Positions 48,293-56,022 of a DNA stretch of 64,000 bases are shown one piece after another. Below the pieces are notes generated by a model that saw only the letters and a program-made list of their open reading frames with translations, made no database searches and was not told the DNA's origin. Within the stretch, counting starts at the first letter, position 1. Each line of letters starts with the position of its first letter. This DNA is from Salininema proteolyticum (GTDB lineage Bacteria; Actinomycetota; Actinomycetes; Mycobacteriales; Micromonosporaceae), in NCBI RefSeq assembly GCF_042685645.1, contig NZ_JBHUNX010000001.1, forward strand, positions 4,511,319 to 4,575,318, given 5' to 3'. The position numbers were made by a program, and so were the translations under genes.

Positions 48293-48368
48293 GGTGCGCT
48301 CCCACAGCGTGCGTGCGCACTCGCGGCCCGGCCGGTTCCGTGGGTGCGCTCCCACGGCGTGCGCGCGC
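48293..48368. repeat. degenerate direct repeats (about 26-bp GGTGCGCTCCCAC(A/G)GCGTGCG(T/C)GCGC, twice with 50-bp period; plus repeated CGCGGCCCGGCCG)
   Basis: Read directly from the sequence. Located in the 330-bp gap before the GH20 gene. Confidence 0.5.
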
Positions 48369-48534
48369 GGTCGCTTCCGTGTGCTGGGGATCTTCCCGGT
48401 CCATGGGATCGGGCATTCGAATTTTGCGTCCGTTTTCGAATAAGAGGCCGCCCGGGCTGGAGAAAGGCGGGAAGACGGGGTTATGCTAAAGAAAGTACAC
48501 TAAATAAATTTTGTCTATCCTCTAGGAGCCCCGG

Positions 48535-50193
48535 ATGCAGCGGCGAATCAATGTCATCCCACAGCCCAAGGAGATCCGAGAGTCCGCGGGCGACCTTCCC
48601 GTCGGGTCACTCACCGAGATCGTGGCCGCCCCTCGCGACCGCGAGACCGGCGTCCTCCTGTCGCACCTGATCCACGCCGGCACCGGCCACTACCTGCCCG
48701 TCGTCGAGACCGCCCCGGCCGGGTCCACCCCCCTCGCCCTCAGCTCCGAGCGCGGCCTCGACCCCGACCGCCTCACCGAGACCGCCGACGAGCGTTACGA
48801 CCTCACCGTCGACGCCTCGGGCGTGACGATCTCCGGCGCCACGCCCGCCGGCGTCTCGCGCGGCGCGGCCACCCTCCGCCAGCTCCTCCCCGCCGAGGCC
48901 TACCGCAAGGCCGGCGCGGCGGACGCCTCGCTGCCGTACGTCGCGATCCGCGACGAGCCCCGGCTGCGCTGGCGCGGAGTCATGGTCGACGCCGTCCGCC
49001 ACTTCCGTCCCAAGAGCTTCCTCTTGGACGCCATCGACCACGCGTGGGAGCACAAGCTGAACATCGTCCAGCTGCACCTCACCGACGACCAAGGCTGGCG
49101 CCTCGAAGTGCCGTCGCGCCCGCGCCTGACCGAGGTGGCGGCCTGGAGGACCGAGACGGTCACCGGGCACGCCCTCTTGGAAGGGCCGGGCGACGGCACG
49201 CCCCACGGCGGGTACTACACCCTCGACGACATGCGCGAGGTCGTCGCCTACGGGCGCGCCCGCCATGTGACCGTGGTGCCGGAGATCAACCTGCCCGGGC
49301 ACACGCGCGCCGTCCTCGCCGCCTACCCCGAGCTCGGCACCGGCGAGACCCTTCCCGTCGCCACGAGCTTCGGCGTCTTCTTCGACGTCCTGGAGCCCAC
49401 CGCCGAGACCCTCAAGTTCACCGAGGACGTCTTCGCCGTGGTGGCCGACGTCTTCGACTCGCCGGTCATCCACATCGGCGGCGACGAGGTGCCGCTCGAC
49501 CAGTGGGCGGCCTCGCCCACGGCCGCCTCCCTCATGGCGGAGCAGGGCTTCGACAACCCGCGCCAGATCCAGGGCTGGTTCGCCAACGCCTTCGCCGAGC
49601 AGCTCTCCCAGTACGGGCGCCGCATCGCCGGCTGGGACGAGGTGCTCGGAGCGGGGGCGCCGTCCGACACGATCGTCACCGTGTGGCGCAACGAGGGCTA
49701 TGCCGTCCGCGCCGTCGGCCAGGGGCACGACGCCATCGTCGCGCCGGAGCCCTACACCTACCTCGACCACTACGAGTCCGAGGACCCGCGCGAGCCCCTG
49801 CGTATCCACGGGCAGACGAGCGTGGACAAGATCGCCGGGTGGGACCCCGTCCCCGACGGGCTGGAAGACGGCCAGATCCTCGGCGCCCAGTGCCAGCTGT
49901 GGGCCGAGTACCTGCCGACCGGGCGCGACGCCGAGTACGCGATGTTCCCGCGCCTGGCGGCCTTCGCCGACGCCTCCTGGAGCACCATGGACGCTCGTGC
50001 GGAGCGTCCGGTCGGGGAGCGCATCGCCGGGGAGCACGTCGACCGGCTCGAGGCCCAGGGCGTGAACTACCGTCCGCTGGAGGGGCCCAAGGCGTGGCAG
50101 CAGGGCGGCAGCGGCGTGCGCAAGCGCTGGGACCGCACCTATAAGGAGATGGAACTGGACGAGGAGAAGTTCGTCTACACCGCCGACGAGTAG
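48535..50193 (+). CDS. beta-N-acetylhexosaminidase (glycoside hydrolase family 20)
   Basis: GH20 catalytic region with RWRGVMVDAVRHF and HIGGDEV (catalytic D-E pair). Followed by the typical GH20 C-terminus. Confidence 0.9.
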   Translation: MQRRINVIPQPKEIRESAGDLPVGSLTEIVAAPRDRETGVLLSHLIHAGTGHYLPVVETAPAGSTPLALSSERGLDPDRLTETADERYDLTVDASGVTISGATPAGVSRGAATLRQLLPAEAYRKAGAADASLPYVAIRDEPRLRWRGVMVDAVRHFRPKSFLLDAIDHAWEHKLNIVQLHLTDDQGWRLEVPSRPRLTEVAAWRTETVTGHALLEGPGDGTPHGGYYTLDDMREVVAYGRARHVTVVPEINLPGHTRAVLAAYPELGTGETLPVATSFGVFFDVLEPTAETLKFTEDVFAVVADVFDSPVIHIGGDEVPLDQWAASPTAASLMAEQGFDNPRQIQGWFANAFAEQLSQYGRRIAGWDEVLGAGAPSDTIVTVWRNEGYAVRAVGQGHDAIVAPEPYTYLDHYESEDPREPLRIHGQTSVDKIAGWDPVPDGLEDGQILGAQCQLWAEYLPTGRDAEYAMFPRLAAFADASWSTMDARAERPVGERIAGEHVDRLEAQGVNYRPLEGPKAWQQGGSGVRKRWDRTYKEMELDEEKFVYTADE

Positions 50194-50221
50194 AGCGTCG
50201 GGCACAGGCCGTCCTACCGGT

Positions 50222-50257
50222 AGGCCGCGCGGGAGCTGCGACCCGCGCGGCCTTTTC
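50222..50257 (+). terminator. intrinsic terminator
   Basis: AGGCCGCGCGGG / AGCTGCGA / CCCGCGCGGCCT is a perfect 12-bp stem, followed by TTTT. Confidence 0.65.
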
Positions 50258-50349
50258 ATGCCTTATCCCTGATGAGCAGGGGTATCGATGGCCGCCGCGC
50301 CGCCGGAATCCTTGACGGACCCCGACGGCGAGGCTAGTATGACTAGCGG

Positions 50350-50547
50350 TTATTTGAATTGGGCCCGAAGGCCCTCGGCGAGTTCCTCGAACCGTCGGGA
50401 GTCGTCGGGCTTTACTCCTGCCCATCCGATGTCGAGCTTCTCGTCCCCTCCGACGACTATCATCAAGCCGTACCAGATGTAGACGAGGTAACCCCTCTCG
50501 GACAACTCAGCGATCAGTTTGATCTCGTCGTTCTTCCCACTATTCAT
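50350..50547 (-). CDS. small hypothetical protein (65 aa) in a low-GC pocket
   Basis: Strong SD (GGGAGGAGGTG) 5 nt before the ATG. Local GC is clearly below that of the surroundings. No motif. Confidence 0.45.
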   Translation of the reverse strand: MNSGKNDEIKLIAELSERGYLVYIWYGLMIVVGGDEKLDIGWAGVKPDDSRRFEELAEGLRAQFK

Positions 50548-50555
50548 ATTTCACC

Positions 50556-50620
50556 TCCTCCCTCTCGCGAGAAGGTGACCACCTCACAGCGGCGGCCGAT
50601 TCTCACTGTAAGGGAGGAGG
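50556..50620 (-). promoter_or_regulatory. potential RBS-sequestering stem in the leader of the 65-aa ORF
   Basis: CCTCCTCCCT (mRNA sense, 45 nt upstream) is the exact complement of the SD-containing AGGGAGGAGG, a 10-bp perfect inverted repeat. Confidence 0.35.
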
Positions 50621-50681
50621 TTTCCGCGAACCGGTTGCGACACGCCCGCGATTGTGCTTGCCGCGCCGTCTCTGTCGAGGA

Positions 50682-50909
50682 TCAGTGGCCCGGTGCCCCG
50701 GCGCTGAGCAGAATCACTTCCCTCAGCTTCGCGAAAGCCTCGTCGACGACTTCGGCCGTGATGGGCCGGCTGAAGTAGACGTCCGCGTAGAACTCGGAGA
50801 TCCGCAGGCGTATCGAGTAGTCGTAGTGGTCGATGCTGCCCAGGTTCTCGAAGAGATCGGCCGCCTCGGAGAGAAAGATGCTGTGTCCGTTCGATGGTGT
50901 TTCTTCCAT
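50682..50909 (-). CDS. small hypothetical protein (75 aa)
   Basis: ORF with an AGGA-type RBS. Same low-GC pocket. No motif. Confidence 0.35.
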   Translation of the reverse strand: MEETPSNGHSIFLSEAADLFENLGSIDHYDYSIRLRISEFYADVYFSRPITAEVVDEAFAKLREVILLSAGAPGH

Positions 50910-50975
50910 GGCGGTGATCCTAGGACCGCTCGAGCACGGTTCGGCGCAACGACATTCCGGGTCGCCCCGGATGTA

Positions 50976-51614
50976 CTAGACGCCGGGGCCCTCATCCGTC
51001 CAGGGGCGGTTCAACAGGCCCGCCCTGGCCAGGGCCAGCGCCTGCTGCGCGGCCTCGACAGCGTCCTCCTCGGTCAGCTCCACCGGAGTCGTCAGGAACT
51101 GGTAGTACAGCGGCGCGCTCACGGTGCGCACCAAGCGCTCCGGGCTTACCTCGCCGGGCAGTTCGCCGCGCTCGACCGCCTCGTGGACGCAAGGCGTCCA
51201 TTCGCCGACTCGCTTGGCGTAGAAGCGGTGCAACGCCTCCGCGGTCTCCTCGCTGCATACCGACGCCGCGATAAGCGAGCGGAACAGGCGCCCCTGGCGC
51301 GGGTCCGCGAGCGTCTTGCGCACCAGCAGCGCGCACTCCTCGAGATCCCGGTCAACGTCCCCTAGACGCGTTCGCCCGAGTGACGTCTCCGCCATGTCCT
51401 CGAGCAGGTCCTCGGCCAACCCCGCAGCGCTGCCCCAACGCCGGTAGACGGTCGTCCTCCCCACGCCGGCCCGTTCGGCCACCGCTGCCAGGTCGAGGTG
51501 GGAGAAGCCGGACTCGACGAGAATCTCGGAGGTGGCGTCGAGGACGGCCCGTCGGGTGGCCGCCGTCCTGCCGCCGGGGCGCGTCTTCCCTGGACGAGGG
51601 CGTTCCTGAGGCAT
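50976..51614 (-). CDS. TetR-family transcriptional regulator
   Basis: Helix-turn-helix AVLDATSEILVESGFSHLDLAAVAERAGVGRTTVYRRW. Confidence 0.8.
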   Translation of the reverse strand: MPQERPRPGKTRPGGRTAATRRAVLDATSEILVESGFSHLDLAAVAERAGVGRTTVYRRWGSAAGLAEDLLEDMAETSLGRTRLGDVDRDLEECALLVRKTLADPRQGRLFRSLIAASVCSEETAEALHRFYAKRVGEWTPCVHEAVERGELPGEVSPERLVRTVSAPLYYQFLTTPVELTEEDAVEAAQQALALARAGLLNRPWTDEGPGV

Positions 51615-51615
51615 T

Positions 51616-51691
51616 AACGGTACTCCAGTTTCATTAATAGGTCATTCGGTGCTACAGTAGCACCAGAGCTTAATGAAACAAGTATACCGTT
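51616..51691. promoter_or_regulatory. TetR-type operator: 22-nt inverted arms with a nested inner palindrome in the divergent TetR/AKR intergenic region
   Basis: Left arm AACGGTACTCCAGTTTCATTAA (51616-51637) and right arm TTAATGAAACAAGTATACCGTT (51670-51691), with 17 of 22 positions complementary. Inner palindrome GTGCTAC-A-GTAGCAC at about 51649-51663. Confidence 0.55.
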
Positions 51692-51708
51692 AGTGGAGGT
51701 ATTCAGAG

Positions 51709-52746
51709 ATGGAAACCCGCAGGCTCGGCCGCTCCGGCCTCTTCGTCCCCGTCCTCGGACTCGGCACGGCCACCTTCGCCGGCAAGAACGACTTCTTCAA
51801 GGAGTGGGGCGACACCGACGTCCAGGGCGCCCGGCGCATGATCGACATCAGCCTCGACGCCGGGGCGAACCTCTTCGACAGCGCCGACGTCTACTCCGAC
51901 GGCGCGGCGGAGGAGGTCCTCGGGGAGGCCCTCAAAGGCCGTCGCGACCGCGCGATCGTCTCGACCAAGGGCGGGCTCCCCTTCGTGAGCGACCCCGCCG
52001 ACGCCGGGTCCTCCCGCCGCTGGCTGACGAAGGCCGTGGAGGGTTCGTTGCGCCGGCTGCGCACCGACCACATCGACCTCTACCAGCTCCACGCCTTCGA
52101 CGCGTTCACCCCCGTCGAGGAGACCCTGGAGACACTCGACTCCTTCGTCCGCCAGGGCAAGATCCGCTACATCGGCGTCTCCAACTACGCCGGCTGGCAG
52201 CTGATGCGCATGATCGGCACCGCCGAGAACCGCGGCCTGGTCCGGCCCGTCGCGAACCAGGCCTACTACTCGCTGATCGGCCGCGACTTCGAGTGGGAGC
52301 TCATGCCGCTCGGGCTCGACCAGGAGATGGGAACACTGGTGTGGAGCCCGCTGGGGTGGGGGCGCCTGACCGGCGCGGTCCGACGCGACGCGCCATTGCC
52401 GGAGACCAGCCGCCTGCACCGGACCGCGGACATGAGCCCGCACGTCGACCAGGAGCGCCTCTACGACGTGGTCGACGTCCTGCTGGAGGTCGCCGAGGAG
52501 GCCGGGAAGAGCGTTCCGCAGGTGGCGATCAACTGGCTGACCGGCCGTCCCACAGTCGCCGGCGTGATGATCGGCGCGCGAACCGAGCGGCAGCTGCGCG
52601 ACAATCTCGGGGCCGTCGGCTGGAGCCTCACCGCGGACCAGATCGGGAGACTCGACGAGGCGAGCGCGTCGCAGGCGCCTTACCCGGCCTCGGTCTACTC
52701 CATTCAGGACGGGTTCCGCCGCGTGAGCCCGCCGCTGTTCGGGTGA
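51709..52746 (+). CDS. aldo/keto reductase
   Basis: METRRLGRSGLFVPVLGLGT...FDSADVYSDG...IDLYQLH...IGVSNY are classic AKR motifs. Confidence 0.9.
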   Translation: METRRLGRSGLFVPVLGLGTATFAGKNDFFKEWGDTDVQGARRMIDISLDAGANLFDSADVYSDGAAEEVLGEALKGRRDRAIVSTKGGLPFVSDPADAGSSRRWLTKAVEGSLRRLRTDHIDLYQLHAFDAFTPVEETLETLDSFVRQGKIRYIGVSNYAGWQLMRMIGTAENRGLVRPVANQAYYSLIGRDFEWELMPLGLDQEMGTLVWSPLGWGRLTGAVRRDAPLPETSRLHRTADMSPHVDQERLYDVVDVLLEVAEEAGKSVPQVAINWLTGRPTVAGVMIGARTERQLRDNLGAVGWSLTADQIGRLDEASASQAPYPASVYSIQDGFRRVSPPLFG

Positions 52747-53311
52747 GCGATTCCGACGGACGGGACAGACGCACCCAGAATACGCAATCTACCAGGCAAG
52801 ACGCGGCGAGATAGGAACGAATTAATCTCATGAAGTAGTGACGCTGTCACTCTCCGGTGGTATTCTCGTGCAATAGAAGAACTTAACAGTGTTCGGTTGG
52901 GGTCATCCCATTGGGGAGACCGTTCCAGTCCATACCGGGCGGGCTGAGTCTGGGGCCCGTTCTCATACCGGAGCTGGATCGAAAAACCAGTCATCTCTGC
53001 CGGGGCAGTCTGGCGAGACACGACAACCCGACCGGCGCCACCACGAGTCGGGTTGACCGTGGTGACTGCCGCCGGACAAGATGATTGCCGCTTGGCCTAT
53101 CACGGGGGAAATGCCAGGTAGCAGCCGAACAGAAAGAAGCCGTTGGAGAGGCGCCACCCTCCAGCGGCCTTCTTTTGCGCTCAGGGCGGGCAGCTGCTCA
53201 TTCGCGGGACGCCGAGGGCCTCCGCTCGTTCGCGGTTCTCGCCGTCTTGAGGCGGGAACACTCACCCGCCGATGCCCTGCGACCCGTACGAATCTATGGG
53301 GCTCGCACGCG

Positions 53312-53421
53312 TCCCGCCGGTTCCCCGCCGGGGCCTGCGCTAATCCCGCCGGTTCCACACCGGGGCCCGCAGCAATCCCACCGGTTCTTCACCGGTTCCC
53401 GCCGGCCCCGCCGGATCCCGG
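53312..53421. repeat. tandem 32-bp direct repeats (two full units plus a degenerate third) immediately 3' of mutY
   Basis: TCCCGCCGGTTCCCCGCCGGGGCCTGCGCTAA / TCCCGCCGGTTCCACACCGGGGCCCGCAGCAA / TCCCACCGGTTCTTCACCGGTTCCCGCCGGCCCCGCCGG. Each unit contains a CCGG...CCGG inverted motif. Confidence 0.7.
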
Positions 53422-54312
53422 TCAGGCCCCCAGTTGGAAGAGGCCCGTCTCGTCGGTCTCCACCAACCCCTCGTGGAGGAGCTGGGCCAGGGCCTCGTTG
53501 ACCATGGCCGCGTCCTTCCAAGCGAGGTCGATCTCCGAGCGGGGCCGGGGCGCCTTCTGGCGCAGCAGCTCGATGATGTTCCCGCGCACGTGCCGGTTGG
53601 TTCCCGTGTACTTCTGGCGTTTCCGCGACGGTCCCTCCGGGATGTCCTGGTAGGCGAATCCGCAGACGTCGACGACGGGGCAGGAGGCGCAGTCGGCCTC
53701 GCGGGCCTTGCAGACGAGCGAGCCCAACTCCATCAGCGCGATTGAGAGCCGGGCGGCGGTCGCCTGGTCCTCGGGCAGGAGGGCCTCGCAGGCGTCGAGG
53801 TCGGCCTGGGAGGTCGCGGTGCCCGAGTCGGGTTTCCCGGAGAGGCGGGCGACGACGCGCCGGACGTTGGTGTCGACGACGGGGTGCCGGTGCCCGTAGG
53901 CGAAGACCGCGACGGCTGCGGCGGTGTAGACGCCGATGCCCGGCAGCGCCCGGAGCTCGTCCAGGTCGCGGGGCACCTCGTTGCCGTGTTTCTCGGCGAT
54001 GGCCTGGGCGCACTCGCGCAGGCGCATGGCGCGGCGCGGATAGCCCAGGCGCCCCCACATGGTGAGGATGTCCGGCCCGGCCGCGTCGGCGACGTCGGCG
54101 GGGCTCGGCCAGCGCTCCATCCACGCCTCCCACAGGGGTGCGACGCGGGACACGGGGGTCTGCTGGCTCATCACCTCGGAGACGAGCACGCCCCACGGCG
54201 TCGTTTCCGGTCGCCGCCAGGGCAGTTCGGTGCGGTTGTGGGCGTCGAACCACGGCAGGAGCCGCTTGGGGAGGACGGTGACGAGTCCCTCGTTCGGCGG
54301 ATTGTTCGGCAT
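53422..54312 (-). CDS. mutY: A/G-specific adenine DNA glycosylase
   Basis: HhH-GPD motif (LRALPGIGVYTAAAVAVFAYG). 4Fe-4S cluster Cys ligands (C..C.......C......C: CKAREADCASCPVVDVC). Typical MutY N-terminus. Confidence 0.9.
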   Translation of the reverse strand: MPNNPPNEGLVTVLPKRLLPWFDAHNRTELPWRRPETTPWGVLVSEVMSQQTPVSRVAPLWEAWMERWPSPADVADAAGPDILTMWGRLGYPRRAMRLRECAQAIAEKHGNEVPRDLDELRALPGIGVYTAAAVAVFAYGHRHPVVDTNVRRVVARLSGKPDSGTATSQADLDACEALLPEDQATAARLSIALMELGSLVCKAREADCASCPVVDVCGFAYQDIPEGPSRKRQKYTGTNRHVRGNIIELLRQKAPRPRSEIDLAWKDAAMVNEALAQLLHEGLVETDETGLFQLGA

Positions 54313-54375
54313 GGGCCCCTCTCGCCTTCGTGAAATTCCTGCGATGTGCAGCGCAATGTTATACCGTCACGCGGT

Positions 54376-55068
54376 ATGCGGGAGTGGTGGAAGAAAGTGT
54401 CGGCCGCCGCGGTCGGCCGGGGCGGAGAGACGCCCGGCACCTACTGGGCGCGGCGGGCCATGGTCCTCGGCATGGTGGCGGCCGTGGCCATCATCGCCGC
54501 CACTGTGTACAAGGTGACCGCGCCGCTGGAGCAGGCGTCGGTCGACGACCCCGAGCACGTCCGCCCCGTGAATCCGACCGCCACCAAACGCCCCCTGGAG
54601 GATCGGGACCTCGAACTGGCCCAGCCGCAGGCCCACCGGTCGGAGGAGTCTCCGGAACCGGAACCGGAGGAGAGCGAGTCCCCCGCGGAGCCGGAGCCCT
54701 GCGAACAGGACGGCGTCCGCCTGCAGGTCGTCTCCGCGCTGCGGGAGGCCTATGTGGGGACCACCGTCCCCGTCAGCGTCCTGGTGGTCAACGAGGAACG
54801 GGCCGATTGCGAGATCCGGTGGGACCGGGTGGTTCTGCAGGCCCGCAATGGAAACGACATCGTCTACGCCTCCGACCACTGCGGCGACGAGCCGGAGGGG
54901 ACGGCGGTGCTGAAGCCCGGCGACGGCGAGACGGTGGAGTTCGACTTCGCCGCGAAGGCCAGTGACGAGGCGTGCGAGGGCGAGAGGCGGGAGCTTCCCG
55001 CCGGTGACTACGACCTGGTGGCCGCGGTGGGGGAGAGCGAGGCCGACGCCGGCCTGCGCCTCAAGTGA
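54376..55068 (+). CDS. hypothetical membrane-anchored protein (single TM, acidic proline-rich linker, Cys-containing C-terminal domain)
   Basis: Start at MREWWKK. TM helix AMVLGMVAAVAIIAATV. Cys pairs in the C-terminal about 130 aa. Confidence 0.5.
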   Translation: MREWWKKVSAAAVGRGGETPGTYWARRAMVLGMVAAVAIIAATVYKVTAPLEQASVDDPEHVRPVNPTATKRPLEDRDLELAQPQAHRSEESPEPEPEESESPAEPEPCEQDGVRLQVVSALREAYVGTTVPVSVLVVNEERADCEIRWDRVVLQARNGNDIVYASDHCGDEPEGTAVLKPGDGETVEFDFAAKASDEACEGERRELPAGDYDLVAAVGESEADAGLRLK

Positions 55069-55790
55069 CCTCTGCCGGGCGACTCTCCGGCCGACTGGGC
55101 CGGTCCGTCCTCCCTACCTGGAACGGGAGCCTCGGGCGGCTTATGACAGGAAGCGCGCCGACGCCCCGCCCCTCTGCCCGCGACGGGCGTTACCGCTTCT
55201 AACAGCAGGTCCGCCAGGGCCTTTCCGAGCTGCGCCTGGTCCTCGTCGCGGTGCTCGGGGTCGATGGCGCCGGCGACGTAGCGGCCCTGGACGAGCGTGA
55301 CGATCAGCGCGGCGGCGGCTTCGGGGCGGCGGTTCTCGGGGAGTTGTCCGGAGTTCTGGGCGCGCTTGAACAGTTCGGTGAGGTCCGCCTTCATGTGGTC
55401 CCAGTAGGAGGCGATGCGGCGCGCGGTGGCGGGGTCATCGCCGAGTTCCACGGCGGCGCGGGTGAAGAACTCCCCGTCGGACATCTTCGGGGCGAGGTCG
55501 AGCAGGGCGGAGAGGATCGAGGCGAGCGAGTGGGCCGGGCCGGGCTCGAGGGAGAGGACGGCCTCCCACCGGGGTCTGGAGTCGAACTGGAGGTGCTCCA
55601 TGGCCTGGATGTAGATCTGGTGCTTGGAGCCGTAGCCGGAGTAGAGCGTGGCCCGGTTGAGGCCGGTGGAGGCGACGAGGTCGGTCATGGTGGTGGCCGT
55701 GAACCCCTTCTCCAGAAAAGTCTCGGCGGCCGCTTTGAGAATCCGCCATTCGTCGGGATTCCGCGGCTTGATTATGTTTGCTTGCTTCAT
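55008..55790 (-). CDS. TetR-family transcriptional regulator
   Basis: Helix-turn-helix ILKAAAETFLEKGFTATTMTDLVASTGLNRATLYSGY. The long Arg-rich C-terminal tail overlaps the convergent gene. Confidence 0.8.
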   Translation of the reverse strand: MKQANIIKPRNPDEWRILKAAAETFLEKGFTATTMTDLVASTGLNRATLYSGYGSKHQIYIQAMEHLQFDSRPRWEAVLSLEPGPAHSLASILSALLDLAPKMSDGEFFTRAAVELGDDPATARRIASYWDHMKADLTELFKRAQNSGQLPENRRPEAAAALIVTLVQGRYVAGAIDPEHRDEDQAQLGKALADLLLEAVTPVAGRGAGRRRASCHKPPEAPVPGREDGPAQSAGESPGRGHLRRRPASASLSPTAATRS

Positions 55791-56022
55791 GTTTGAACGG
55801 TATCTACCCGTACGCGCCCGGTCAAGGCGCGTATGGGGGCTCCGAATAGGCCGTACGGTGGGGGAGCGCCCGGGCGGACGGTGTCCGGGGCCGAAACCGG
55901 TGCGAGAATGGGGTCCGGGAGCGGAGTGACCGGAAAAGCGGCACGGCCGCTCGGGATGGACGTCTGTGACCCACCGCCTCCGGTAGGCTCAATAGGTGGT
56001 TCGGACAGAAAGGTACCGTGAC

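Noticed and set aside
52900-53000. TPP (THI-box) riboswitch suggested by CTGAG and CTGGAT...CCAG segments
   Set aside because: The invariant GAACCTGATCTGGATAATGCCAGCG block is not present (only CTGGATCGAAAAACCAG). There is no downstream thiamine gene on either strand, since the region sits between two convergent stop codons.
53312-53421. CRISPR array
   Set aside because: The 32-bp units are directly contiguous with no spacers, only two and a half copies are present and they diverge from one another. There are no cas genes in the window.
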